From contig JAHQWL010000090.1 in the NCBI GenBank assembly GCA_029856155.1, positions 1-15,829 of the forward strand: a stretch of 15,829 nt of DNA, read 5' to 3'. A program made the translations under genes and the position numbers. This document shows positions 15,452 through 15,829 of the stretch, piece after piece (the stretch's first letter is position 1; each line of letters begins with the position of its first letter). Under the pieces are notes generated by a model. That model was not told where the DNA came from and ran no database searches. It worked only from the letters and a program-made list of their open reading frames with translations. This DNA is from Promethearchaeia archaeon. GTDB taxonomy: Archaea > Asgardarchaeota > Lokiarchaeia > Sigyniarchaeales > SOKP01.

Positions 15452-15829
15452 TTATATAAAAGATGGAAGAAATTTCATAATGGTACTACGTGTTTTTTCC
15501 ACTATACTTAGAAGCCAAGAAGTTCCAACTTCTATAATATCCTCATTTAAATTTTGTATTACATTGAGATAATTACCACTTGCAGGATCTATATTCTTTA
15601 AAAATTCATCTCTTTTTTCCTCGAGACCAGAATATGATAGACATTCAATTAAACCATTCTCTATGTTTTGCATATTTTCAAACAATTCTCTTTTTTGTTT
15701 TATCAACACATCTGATGTTTTAATGTCTATGATCGATTTGTATAATTCTATGGATCTTTTCATCTTATTAGCGAGTTGTTTGAATCTTTTAATTCTCTCA
15801 TTATAAATAATCTCAAGCTTTTCAACCGC
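15452..15829 (-). CDS. Hypothetical protein, C-terminal fragment (start lies beyond the right edge)
   Basis: The frame stays open from the window end (AVEKLEIIYNERIKRFKQLANK-MKRSIELY...) to the stop at 15452, so the listed ATG at 15763 is probably internal. Convergent with glmS. Confidence 0.7.
   Translation of the reverse strand, partial: AVEKLEIIYNERIKRFKQLANKMKRSIELYKSIIDIKTSDVLIKQKRELFENMQNIENGLIECLSYSGLEEKRDEFLKNIDPASGNYLNVIQNLNEDIIEVGTSWLLSIVEKTRSTIMKFLPSFI

Noticed and set aside
1-15829. CRISPR arrays, tRNA/rRNA, IS elements, integrases
   Set aside because: No spaced repeats, GC-rich structured RNA segments, or transposase/integrase motifs; the intergenic gaps are short and AT-rich.

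Overview
AT-rich (roughly 30% GC by eye), gene-dense prokaryotic window with archaeal signatures: BRE/TATA-like boxes, a GGAGGTGA Shine-Dalgarno, oligo-T terminators and a split purS-purQ-purL. The style suggests an Asgard archaeon (Lokiarchaeia-like), but that is inference only. Minus strand, 1-10574: purL (running off the left edge), purQ, purS, a small 2-TM protein, long-type purC, a DUF3795-like Cys-rich protein, a MazG/dCTPase-like pyrophosphatase, an alpha/beta hydrolase, a three-gene operon (alkyl-DHAP-synthase-like FAD enzyme, CCG-domain Fe-S protein, divergent FGGY kinase) and a 492-aa helical unknown. Next is an amino-sugar block: glmM-like mutase (+), atypical nagB-like deaminase (-) and glmS (+). 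A 5'-truncated unknown gene ends the window. No RNA genes, CRISPR arrays or mobile elements were seen. The most notable element is the AGPS-like/Fe-S/kinase operon. It keeps the Tyr and HHH motifs of the eukaryotic ether-lipid enzyme but is coupled to an electron-transfer subunit and a kinase, suggesting an uncharacterised glycerol-phosphate, alkylglycerol or polyol-phosphate redox pathway.
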